Virus record (IMG/VR): IMGVR_UViG_3300036770_005287
Span: 1-64,000 of that record
Length of the DNA stretch: 64,000 nucleotides
Reading direction: 5' to 3' (one strand)
Source: a virus
In this document: one piece after another, positions 29,713 to 37,816 of the stretch
Layout: the number at the start of each line of letters is the position of its first letter
Numbering within the stretch: position 1 is the stretch's first letter
Position numbers and translations under genes: made by a program
Notes under the pieces: generated by a model
The model's database searches: none
What the model saw: only the letters and a program-made list of their open reading frames with translations
Told to the model about the DNA's origin: nothing

Positions 29713-29744
29713 TCATTTTCAAGAATGCGTATTCTTGAAAATGA
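29713..29744. other. Candidate lox/rox-like recombination site
   Basis: Perfect inverted repeat TCATTTTCAAGAAT-GCGT-ATTCTTGAAAATGA, ~125 bp upstream of the recombinase gene. Confidence 0.6.
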
Positions 29745-29953
29745 TACTGCGTTTTGGTGAAAAGTGCAGGGGAGTAGCCCATATTTTTATTCAGAATTCA
29801 CGTAGCAACGTGCTGAAAAATACATCTATCGGTTAAATCTGTCGTGACATCAGAATTTTCTTCACGGGGATAAACACATTTTTGGAAACCCCAGAAAAAT
29901 CATGTTCATAAATAAGGTAACATTGCTTTCATAATCGCGAAGGGGCTTTTCGG

Positions 29954-30391
29954 ATGAATCCATATAACAGAGTGCTGCATCCAACAAACGGCACTGATAT
30001 TTTCGGTGAAATGCCGGGTATCGATAAGAGCGGCATATTACTACCTCCTGGCCTAATCCATCTGGTTGAAGGTGAACACTACGGCCCTAACAGTGGTTTC
30101 GGTGTTGTGCACATTGTTGCCGAGCACGATCGGCAGATAGCCAGGAAGAACAAAGCGCTTGCGCAAATGAGCTCTCACGACAGGGTGCGTCATTACGTGG
30201 CGCAAATCCTCATCCGCAAAGCACAGATTTTCGTTGAACACGAAAAACCAAAGCGGCCTGTGGTGATCCACACAGCAAAAGGCGGCGTGATTCTGGAACT
30301 TAGAAGAAATGACGGGATCAGCTGGTATTCAGTGGTATCTGCGTACAACCGACAGAACCAACGCGGGGAATTGATGGCAAATTTGCTTTAG
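29954..30391 (+). CDS. BECR/PBECR-fold putative RNase
   Basis: 'GFGVVHIVAEH' N-terminal motif and 'YSVVSAY' C-terminal strand are typical of PBECR-type nucleases. Confidence 0.6.
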   Translation: MNPYNRVLHPTNGTDIFGEMPGIDKSGILLPPGLIHLVEGEHYGPNSGFGVVHIVAEHDRQIARKNKALAQMSSHDRVRHYVAQILIRKAQIFVEHEKPKRPVVIHTAKGGVILELRRNDGISWYSVVSAYNRQNQRGELMANLL

Positions 30392-30396
30392 ACAAC

Positions 30397-30423
30397 AAAA
30401 AACGCGCTCAAGGCGCGTTCTTT
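30397..30423. terminator. Bidirectional intrinsic terminator
   Basis: AAAA-AACGCGC-TCAAG-GCGCGTT-CTTT. Confidence 0.75.
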
Positions 30424-30616
30424 GTGTAGGCGGTAGGCGCAGCGATTTCTTAGCTCTAAGGGTTCGACCTCCAAAACTAAACAATACCCTCCGTGGGGAA
30501 TTACATATTTAGTCTTGCCACTACCAGCAGCTACTCCGGATAAGCTGCCTGCCCATATGCGTACAAGGTACTGACCGGAACCCTTGCCGCAAACGCTCGT
30601 TTTACAGAGCCTACAT
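30397..30616 (-). ncRNA. Predicted ~220-nt structured non-coding RNA convergent with the PBECR gene
   Basis: sigma70 promoter (TTTACT 30649-44, 17 bp, TATTAT 30626-21), closing stem TGTAGGC/GCCTACA, several hairpins and an intrinsic terminator; no ORF >=60 aa. Confidence 0.65.
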
Positions 30617-30739
30617 GCAAATAATAGCCAGATACTACTGTAAAGTAAATAGCAGATGCTAAATCAGCACATTAAGCACGAGTTATAGAACAATAATCGC
30701 TAATAGTTTCAGATCCGGCACTATCACCTAGTTTACTAC

Positions 30740-31423
30740 TCAAAAGTGCAAACTATTCTTTTTGTGGTCCAATCTGGCTTTTAGATAGTGAGCATCGAGC
30801 ATCATTGACCAAACACCCAACAACATCAAGCAAGTGAATGCCGCACTTGTATACTTATGAATACTGTAGAAGAAGGGGGGATGCGACTGGCTAAACCACT
30901 CAGGGATTATCCAGTACGTCACCAACTCAGCAACCAGGCAAAGAATAAAAATCGCTGACATCACCAGAATCATGCAAATTGCAACAACTTGCGGGATCCA
31001 CTTCCTCTGGAACTCAACAGAAAACATCTGTTGTAGCTTTGGATTGCAGTGATAGGTAAATAGGATAAAACTAAGCAGGCAATTAAATAAGAAGTAAAAC
31101 CCGAAGTACGCAACCTGCAGACTAATTTCCCGACCATACAGCAAGTAGCTAACCGGTAATCGAACTGCATATGCCAACAGAATAATAACTAGCGCTGGTA
31201 ATATCTCACGGCGAGATCGGTTCGCTGCTATCACATAGCCCGCTATTCCAATCATATACATGGATTCCATGTATACGGTTGATGGAAAAACCCACCAGAT
31301 GGCAAAGGAAAGAATAAAAGCTGTTATGTGGCCAAACAAAACTAAGTTTGAGCGTGTAAATACAACTAATCGTTCTATTCCCCAATTCATCTGGCGGGAC
31401 ATCCTTATCGCAACTTTAAACAA
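30740..31423 (-). CDS. Polytopic membrane protein (~6 TM)
   Basis: Multiple long hydrophobic segments; AT-rich; start may be a downstream ATG. Confidence 0.75.
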   Translation of the reverse strand: MFKVAIRMSRQMNWGIERLVVFTRSNLVLFGHITAFILSFAIWWVFPSTVYMESMYMIGIAGYVIAANRSRREILPALVIILLAYAVRLPVSYLLYGREISLQVAYFGFYFLFNCLLSFILFTYHCNPKLQQMFSVEFQRKWIPQVVAICMILVMSAIFILCLVAELVTYWIIPEWFSQSHPPFFYSIHKYTSAAFTCLMLLGVWSMMLDAHYLKARLDHKKNSLHF

Positions 31424-31425
31424 AT

Positions 31426-31710
31426 TTATGATTTTGACGGAGGCGTTGGCGGCCAGCCTGGCGGAACATCATCGGCCAAAGCTGTCGCTTCTGGGTCCGT
31501 TGGCGGCCACCCTGGCGGTACGTCGTCAGTTTGCGTTTCACCAGACTCAATTGATTGCAGCGCCTTTGCTTTGTCAGAGATAGTCACTGTGTCAATTGCT
31601 GTTGAACTTAGCGCAGCAGGCTGCTGCTTTGCCAGTTCGGTGTTTTTTTCAGTTGCTGCAGGCTGGTTTACTGCAGCAGTTGCATACGTGGCAGAGCCTT
31701 TAATCTCCAT
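31426..31710 (-). CDS. Small protein/peptide precursor with duplicated DDVPPGWPPT motif
   Basis: ATG 31710 with GAGGA SD, overlapping the end of the XRE gene; the two repeat copies differ only at synonymous sites. Confidence 0.75.
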   Translation of the reverse strand: MEIKGSATYATAAVNQPAATEKNTELAKQQPAALSSTAIDTVTISDKAKALQSIESGETQTDDVPPGWPPTDPEATALADDVPPGWPPTPPSKS

Positions 31711-31966
31711 CGCGCTTTCTTCCTCGGTTTTCTCGATAATGTTTTTCAAACTCTCGGGGGACAAGTAAGCGCCACATTAATCCCCAGCTGGGCCTCGTTG
31801 CCTTTACCCATTCTTTAACAATTGTTAAAGATGGCTCCGCTTCACCGTTTTCCAGCCGGTAAACATATGACCTGTGAATGCCAATTTTGAGCGCCAATTC
31901 CTCGACATTTAAATTGGCCTTTTTCCTCATCGCCCTAAGAATTTCGCCAGTGCTTTCTACTGCCAT
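31700..31966 (-). CDS. XRE-family HTH regulator
   Basis: 'LRAMRKKANLNVEELALKIGIHRSYVYRLENGEAEPS'. Confidence 0.85.
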   Translation of the reverse strand: MAVESTGEILRAMRKKANLNVEELALKIGIHRSYVYRLENGEAEPSLTIVKEWVKATRPSWGLMWRLLVPREFEKHYRENRGRKRDGD

Positions 31967-32167
31967 GACAACTACACCCGCCCGGATCTGTATATTTTTT
32001 TAATTCGCTCAAAAAATGTCCTGATATCAAAGTTTCGTAGGAAAAATATCAGAAAAAAACGCATAATTTGAGCGTTTTGTCGCCTAAATGCGACGTGAAA
32101 AATAATACAGTTGTCGCAGTGATCTGGACAGGCATTTTTAACGATTTTTGCATTAACCAGCTATGTA

Positions 32168-32179
32168 TATCCTAACGTT
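32168..32179 (-). promoter_or_regulatory. AACGTTAGGATA motif
   Basis: Exact copy upstream of the c1-like operon. Confidence 0.7.
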
Positions 32180-32312
32180 AATGACATCAAAATGAATGCC
32201 TGACATGAATAACAGATTTTTACACCCGTAAATTTGATAAATATTTTCATCTTGATTAATAGCGTTATTAATCATTAATAATGTCTGTGCTATAGTTGTT
32301 GCGAGGATTGCA

Positions 32313-32702
32313 GTGAACGAGTTCAAAAACACCCAACAGGAATTATCTACAGTTTTAGGCGCCGAAGTTATTACCGGAGCATTAAGAGACAACCTAATAG
32401 GGTACTCTACGGATAGTGCGCTTCAGATGATAGAAGGGTTGAGACACCAAAGCCTGGAGGAAAACAACCTTCTTTTTGGTGCTTGCCACGTTTTGTTGGA
32501 TTTGTTACCAGCTAAGTTGAGGGACTTAGACGGCATTGAACTTGCCATTGCAGACCTTATCGCTACACACACTGACTGTCTGAGGCAGCGTGTGTTATTG
32601 CTGCAATCAGAGCAGAACAACCTAGGGGGCGCATCTGCTGATGTATCAAAGTTACAACGACATCAAACTTGCGAAGCAATCATGCGAACAGCTTGCTCTT
32701 GA
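32313..32702 (+). CDS. Hypothetical protein upstream of c1-like gene (P1 coi position)
   Basis: GTG start with GAGGA SD; overlaps the c1-like ORF. Confidence 0.5.
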   Translation: MNEFKNTQQELSTVLGAEVITGALRDNLIGYSTDSALQMIEGLRHQSLEENNLLFGACHVLLDLLPAKLRDLDGIELAIADLIATHTDCLRQRVLLLQSEQNNLGGASADVSKLQRHQTCEAIMRTACS

Positions 32703-33462
32703 GCTGCACGCTCGATTTTCAGACCATGTAACATATCGTGAAAAACTACCGGACGGCAGCTATCGCCGTCCTGTGATAGTCCTACGCAACCAAGCAGAGT
32801 TAGATGATGTCATAAAGGTTCGGGATGAAATCACCCGGATCCGTGACCAGGTGCTCGAATCGACGGGCAGCTCTGTCCGCTTTACTGAGCCACGTATCGT
32901 TGAAAACGTTCTGCTGTATAAAGTGTGGGTCAACACTGAGCGCAGCAGCAGTTATAACCAGACTTCACGGCTTGAGATTATCCATAACATTAAACAGCGA
33001 TTAGAGCGGGCCAACCGCAACGCAGATAATGACATTGCTCAAATGACAGCCTTGCTACTGCGTAAAGAACTGAAGTTTTTCGAAGGTGAAACAGAAGAGT
33101 ACTACCGCGCACGGACAATTGGCTTGCCATCTTCTGATGCAGAGTGCCACCTGGCGAACCATGGCCGCGAGAAGATCAAAATATCTGAAGCCGGCTTATT
33201 TATCGTTGGTCCAAATTTTGACATACCCCGCGGCGACTTTCCTGAAGGACGAAAGCCACGCAAACCACGAGCAAGCGTCTATGACGGCCTTGAACAAATT
33301 CAGTACTCAGGTGCAGTCAGTAGCGTGCTGTATCGGGAAAGCGAAGTAATTGCAGCCAAGCGCCGGGCCGGCTTTGATGACGAGAAGCAGGAGCAGATTA
33401 AGAACATGAAAAAATCTGTGTCTCGCCGCAGTCCTGGCGCGCCGCCAGAACACCCGATCTGA
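32641..33462 (+). CDS. c1: P1 C1-like primary repressor
   Basis: 273 aa, convergent with pacB as in P1; motifs RPVIVL, IIH.I, YRAR..G, GLFI, SVYD.LE.I, LYR match recalled P1 C1 motifs (RPVVVL, IIHLI, FRMRVHG, GVFI, SLYDSIEPI, IYR). Confidence 0.7.
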   Translation: MYQSYNDIKLAKQSCEQLALELHARFSDHVTYREKLPDGSYRRPVIVLRNQAELDDVIKVRDEITRIRDQVLESTGSSVRFTEPRIVENVLLYKVWVNTERSSSYNQTSRLEIIHNIKQRLERANRNADNDIAQMTALLLRKELKFFEGETEEYYRARTIGLPSSDAECHLANHGREKIKISEAGLFIVGPNFDIPRGDFPEGRKPRKPRASVYDGLEQIQYSGAVSSVLYRESEVIAAKRRAGFDDEKQEQIKNMKKSVSRRSPGAPPEHPI

Positions 33463-33472
33463 TATGACGGGC

Positions 33473-34060
33473 CTATAGCACGGCCCGCATTCTGGTTAAT
33501 TCCAATAGCCGCCCCAGGTAATGCTGCAGCGGCTTTAAGTCTTTTGGCAAGCCAAAGCGCTGCACCGCCTGATAGATCAGCACACCGTAAAAGAAATCCA
33601 TAGCCGACATTTCCGCACCCAACAAGAACCGTCCCGCATTGCAGGCCGGTGCCAATTCACGCAGCGCAGCAAATAGGTCTGTCCGCGCCCTTATTGCGTT
33701 TCTACCTTCACCGCAGGCGCATTGATAGGCCGGCAAGAAAAACTGCTGAAAGCGCAGCAGCGTGAGGCGTATGAGGGCACGCTGAGCAATGTCATGCGGC
33801 AGCAGCAGCGGTTCGGGATAGCGCTCAGCTAGGTAATCAACAATCACCATGGCATCATACAGCGTACAATGGTGCTGCACCGCCAGCACTGGCAGTATGC
33901 CGGCCGGATTGATGGATCTGAGCGATTCTGGCACGTCCTGGACCGATACTTTCCGGATATGTAAGCCAAGCTCAGCTATCATCCAGCGAATTGCCTGGCT
34001 GTTGATGCTGTTATCGTCGTAGAGCGTAATAGCCCGGTCAATTTCGTTGTTTTTGAGCAT
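33473..34060 (-). CDS. sspA: Stringent starvation protein A-like (GST-fold) protein
   Basis: TLY...SQAIR..IAE.G...P..L..INP...LP.L...TLY...I..YL.ERYP.P.L.P....R aligns by eye along its length with E. coli SspA. Confidence 0.8.
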   Translation of the reverse strand: MLKNNEIDRAITLYDDNSINSQAIRWMIAELGLHIRKVSVQDVPESLRSINPAGILPVLAVQHHCTLYDAMVIVDYLAERYPEPLLLPHDIAQRALIRLTLLRFQQFFLPAYQCACGEGRNAIRARTDLFAALRELAPACNAGRFLLGAEMSAMDFFYGVLIYQAVQRFGLPKDLKPLQHYLGRLLELTRMRAVL

Positions 34061-34062
34061 AG

Positions 34063-35604
34063 TTAACCCTCATAGAATTCTTCTAAATCATCCACTTCGC
34101 CATCCAGATCAGCGGCTGAGCTCATTACGTTGTGCGGTATGTAGTTAATGATTTGCGTAAACATGTAGGTATCAGAACGGTCAGGTGAAGCGATTTGCAG
34201 CTTGTTGCGCATCACCTCTTTTTTCATCATCACCCAAAGTCCAGACTCATCCATGCCTATCGGCAGTTTTGATAACTGGTCGATTGTTTTCGGGTCCGCA
34301 TCGATAGCCATGCGACCGGATAGGATGGCTTCTTTGCCGTAGATATGCGCCTTGGCCCGCAGGTTTTTAAATCGCTTTTTCTCAGCCGGCGTAACCGGTG
34401 GAAAGCCCCAGCGAATGCGCACCAGGTTGATATTGAGGCCCATATCGCGCAACAGCTCAATCTCTTCGAGCAAGTGCAGGTAAACCGTATAGCCCACGCC
34501 ATCACCGTCTACCGCTATGGTGATATTCGGATAGAGCTCAGTGCAGCATTCCGCCACAATGCGGCGTACAAACTTGAGCGGATCCACGTCGGCGGACATT
34601 TCCAGCAGTTTGTGATTCACCACAACACGCTGAGGACCTTGCGAACCCGACATGCGGCCGATATTGAGCACTGAGCGGTCGCGGCCAGCCCCGATATCGA
34701 CCGTTGCATACCATCCCCAATCTTCGCCCAGCTTTTTCGCCACTTCCTGGCGCGCCACTTTCGACGCAGCAGCTTGCACAGCGTCACGGCCCAATAGGAA
34801 ATCGGACATATTGGACGGGAACCGGCCCAGTACTTTGATCTGAAATTCAGGACTATCGAGGCCGCCATATTCCAGCAGCTTATCGAGGATAAATTGCCGG
34901 GTAACGTGGCGGGACAGGGCAGAGCTCAGCGTTATTGAATTCCAGGTTCCACTGGTTGATTTTGTACGGCTTAAATCGTGGTGCGTGCGATAGAAGTAGC
35001 CACCAACACGGGTAGGCTGTGACAGCAGCAGAACCCGGTTATCAACCGATGTCTGCGCCCCCATGATGACACCAAAAGCCCGATCGTTAACGCCCGATGC
35101 TTCATCGACAATCGTTAACATGTGATCGGCGTGCTCACCGGCGAGTGACTCTTCGTTGTTGAGCCTAAAGCCCTTGGGCGTGACGTACCAAACACCTTTC
35201 TGAGTGCGCTCAAAGAACGTCGTTTCTGTCAGAACAAAGTATTCAGCAAGCCAGGGCAGGCGCTTTTGCAGCGCAGCAAAGTGGATCTTCAGGTTTTTCC
35301 AAACCGCATCCATAACCTGCTTAATTTTGTTCGCAATGATGACTACCCGCGCGCCTGGGTAGAGAATCATATAAAGCAGAATAATAGCGGCAGTAATAAA
35401 CGATTTACCGGTACCATGGCCGGAGCTGACGGATGTTCGGCTGCCAACTTCGGACACGCTATCGAGCAGCATGCGCTGCTGTGCATCTGTTTCAATGCCA
35501 AACAGCACCGCCATTGCGCCATCCCAATCCTGGTCAAAAGTCTCAATCAGCCACGGATAGCGGCGGTCACTTGTCAGACTGGTTATGCGCTTGGCCGGTA
35601 TCAT
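34063..35604 (-). CDS. pacB: Terminase large subunit PacB
   Basis: Walker A SGHGTGKS, 'AGEH....IVDEASGV', nuclease 'VDIGAGRD' and 'SPDRSD'. Confidence 0.92.
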   Translation of the reverse strand: MIPAKRITSLTSDRRYPWLIETFDQDWDGAMAVLFGIETDAQQRMLLDSVSEVGSRTSVSSGHGTGKSFITAAIILLYMILYPGARVVIIANKIKQVMDAVWKNLKIHFAALQKRLPWLAEYFVLTETTFFERTQKGVWYVTPKGFRLNNEESLAGEHADHMLTIVDEASGVNDRAFGVIMGAQTSVDNRVLLLSQPTRVGGYFYRTHHDLSRTKSTSGTWNSITLSSALSRHVTRQFILDKLLEYGGLDSPEFQIKVLGRFPSNMSDFLLGRDAVQAAASKVARQEVAKKLGEDWGWYATVDIGAGRDRSVLNIGRMSGSQGPQRVVVNHKLLEMSADVDPLKFVRRIVAECCTELYPNITIAVDGDGVGYTVYLHLLEEIELLRDMGLNINLVRIRWGFPPVTPAEKKRFKNLRAKAHIYGKEAILSGRMAIDADPKTIDQLSKLPIGMDESGLWVMMKKEVMRNKLQIASPDRSDTYMFTQIINYIPHNVMSSAADLDGEVDDLEEFYEG

Positions 35605-36761
35605 TCGAAATCAGCCGGATCTATATCGACATCGCCCATGATGTCAGTGTCATCATCCATGAGGCTAATATCGTCATCCGTGACACTCTCCGTAACCCGG
35701 ACATCACCCACTTGCCCGGTGGCCGCCAGCGTATTATCAAGCCAAGCCTGGCGCTCAGATAGCTCATCCACGCTGGCATTTTTACGCTCAATGGCTCTGC
35801 GCCTTGCTTCTTCAATCGCTTCATTCGTCAGGCCGCCATCTTCAGGCGGTGGTGGCGTTGCTTCCTTAATTTCTTTATCAGACTCTGCCTGCAGGAATCT
35901 TGGCGGCTCAATCCCGTTTTCAGCAAACAGCTTGCAAGTGTCAGTGGCACTTAACTCTTCCAGAGCGCGGCGCTGCAAAATCGCAGCCGTCATTTCAACA
36001 ATTTCACCGCGGCTTAAATGCGCCATATCCCGGCGCATCTTCTCCATGCTGATCGCTTTCTCTTCAACCTGCACGGCCAACTGCACCAGGCGGGTTAATG
36101 GCTCAATGCCGGAATATTCAACTTCCTCCATGGCCTCAAGCAATGTCATTGGCTCATTGATTTCCCCGTCTGGCGTCCACACCGGACGAGTCATCTTTTT
36201 GCCTTCACTGTAGAGCTGATTGATAGCATTTGCTTTCGCCTGGCGAATGCGGGCCATACCGAGTAACCGGCTCTTTGCCAGCTGACCTAAATCCGCCAGG
36301 CTGAAATCAGCCGGGTCGCATTCCAGATCTAAATCAGTCATCAGCCGGCTATAGGCGCCATGTTTTACCGATGCTGTATTGCCTTGTGTGAATGTCCTGG
36401 TGCCATCCTCACGCAATACAACATTCGGATGAGATTGGCCGGCGGCTGTTTTGACAGTGACATTGATCCGTGGCACGCGCGTCGATCCCGCCCGCCCTTT
36501 ACCCGCTTTGGGCTTTTGCGCAGCGGTGCGCGGTTCATCGTTTTTTTTCGACGGTTCGGACTTAGCTGGTCCGACCTTTTTCGGTTCTTTTGCTGGCTTT
36601 GTTTCGGGCTGATTGCCAGCACTTTTAAAGGCGGCAAACTCCCGGCGAAAACTGTTTGGATTGAGCTTGTGCTTTTCACAATAAGCATTGCGCGCTGCCG
36701 CGGACTGATCCGCCTGCTTTGAGAATGCAACACAATGTTTATGCCAGTGCGACTTTGACAA
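35601..36761 (-). CDS. pacA: Terminase small subunit PacA
   Basis: N-terminal 'YCEKHKLNPNSFRR' HTH and 'GN..SVKHGAYS'; directly upstream of pacB. Confidence 0.8.
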   Translation of the reverse strand: MSKSHWHKHCVAFSKQADQSAAARNAYCEKHKLNPNSFRREFAAFKSAGNQPETKPAKEPKKVGPAKSEPSKKNDEPRTAAQKPKAGKGRAGSTRVPRINVTVKTAAGQSHPNVVLREDGTRTFTQGNTASVKHGAYSRLMTDLDLECDPADFSLADLGQLAKSRLLGMARIRQAKANAINQLYSEGKKMTRPVWTPDGEINEPMTLLEAMEEVEYSGIEPLTRLVQLAVQVEEKAISMEKMRRDMAHLSRGEIVEMTAAILQRRALEELSATDTCKLFAENGIEPPRFLQAESDKEIKEATPPPPEDGGLTNEAIEEARRRAIERKNASVDELSERQAWLDNTLAATGQVGDVRVTESVTDDDISLMDDDTDIMGDVDIDPADFE

Positions 36762-36768
36762 ACTTTAT

Positions 36769-36780
36769 TATCCTAACGTT
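36769..36780 (-). promoter_or_regulatory. AACGTTAGGATA motif
   Basis: Exact copy overlapping the pacA RBS. Confidence 0.7.
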
Positions 36781-36811
36781 GAGTAGGCTTTATTTTTTGT
36801 CGAATGATAAC

Positions 36812-36988
36812 TGATCACTGCAAACTGATCACTGATCAGCTGTGACAAAGTGAAAATATGTGATCAAACTGATCACGCGCCGCGAATAACGCAGCGCGCA
36901 ATACATTGTTTTATATGAGATAAATCAGGAATGATGTTCAGAATCCTGATCAGCTTTGTTTGCATTGAAATGCGCACAAATTTGATCA
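36812..36988. other. pac-like packaging initiation site (7 x TGATCA)
   Basis: TGATCA at 36812, 36826, 36833, 36861, 36870, 36947 and 36983. Confidence 0.7.
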
Positions 36989-37242
36989 GAATCAGCACCT
37001 TCTAAGAGCATTGTTTGCAGCTTTTCGAGTGTAATTTTTTGGCAAACGCCAGTATCGGTTAACACCAAGCGCACGTATTCAGCCGGTGTGTATTGGTGCC
37101 GTTCAGCCAGTATTCTGAGCAATAGCCGCTCAGTCTTTGACATTGGGATGCGCACGTCCTGAATGTCAAACTGCCGGCGCTTCTCCCGGAAACGACGAAC
37201 CCGCACGCGGGCCGCCTGGCGTTTCTTATCAGCGGTATTCAT
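36925..37242 (-). CDS. Basic DNA-binding protein at the P1 lpa position
   Basis: Arg-rich N-terminus and RHH-like segment; immediately upstream of pacA. Confidence 0.5.
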   Translation of the reverse strand: MNTADKKRQAARVRVRRFREKRRQFDIQDVRIPMSKTERLLLRILAERHQYTPAEYVRLVLTDTGVCQKITLEKLQTMLLEGADSDQICAHFNANKADQDSEHHS

Positions 37243-37816
37243 GCGGCAATTCCTCATCACCTGTTAGATTTGCATAGTCCAGAAATGCCCGCTTCACCGC
37301 ATCCAGGCCATACGCAAACACCGCACAGTAGCCATCTGCACGCAGCTGTATCGCCTTCTTCTCCTGCTCATCAGATGGTTTTCCCTTTTCGGTTTTAAGC
37401 TCACAGCGAAAGCCGTGGTATTTCCCCCTGGCTAAATCCATACAGGTATCGAGCACGCCCTTTTTCTGGCCCTCCGCCTGCATCTTCCAGGCGGTTAACG
37501 GTCCACGCTTGCCGCTGTTAGGTACCGCGTGCGTGCGCTCATACAAATCCGGGTAGTTGTTTTCCAGCCACCAGAACAATTCCACTTGAATGTAATGCTC
37601 TTCGTTTCCCTTAATGAGCTCAGGCCGCTCCCTGAGCTGTTTTAACGCTTTACCGTGCGCCGATAGCTTGTCTTTATCCGTCGGGATGGTAGCGGGCTTT
37701 GCAGGACCTTTATTTTCTGACTTTGGCCGACTGGCCGATCTGGCACTGACGCGCAAATTCCTATTTTTCTGCATCAGCCGCTCGAAATCTTCAGGCGATA
37801 GTTTAATGCCACTCAT
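37229..37816 (-). CDS. VRR-NUC (PD-(D/E)XK) nuclease
   Basis: 'EHYIQ...HAVPN.G.R...AEG.K.GV.D...ELK...GKPS.EQ'. Confidence 0.85.
   Translation of the reverse strand: MSGIKLSPEDFERLMQKNRNLRVSARSASRPKSENKGPAKPATIPTDKDKLSAHGKALKQLRERPELIKGNEEHYIQVELFWWLENNYPDLYERTHAVPNSGKRGPLTAWKMQAEGQKKGVLDTCMDLARGKYHGFRCELKTEKGKPSDEQEKKAIQLRADGYCAVFAYGLDAVKRAFLDYANLTGDEELPHEYR

Noticed and set aside
30459-30472. GGGTTCGACCTCC resembling a tRNA T-arm
   Set aside because: No acceptor, D or anticodon arms can be built around it; better explained as a hairpin of the minus-strand ncRNA.
31711-31800. sigma28 (FliA) promoter for the FlgM-like peptide gene
   Set aside because: No convincing TAAA-N15-GCCGATAA match found upstream on the minus strand.
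32153-32392. 79-aa minus-strand ORF in the c1 upstream region
   Set aside because: AT-rich regulatory DNA overlapping the 12-mer and the plus-strand gene; no RBS or recognisable motif.
35266-36213. 315-aa plus-strand ORF
   Set aside because: Antisense shadow of pacA/pacB with Ser-rich, non-protein-like composition.
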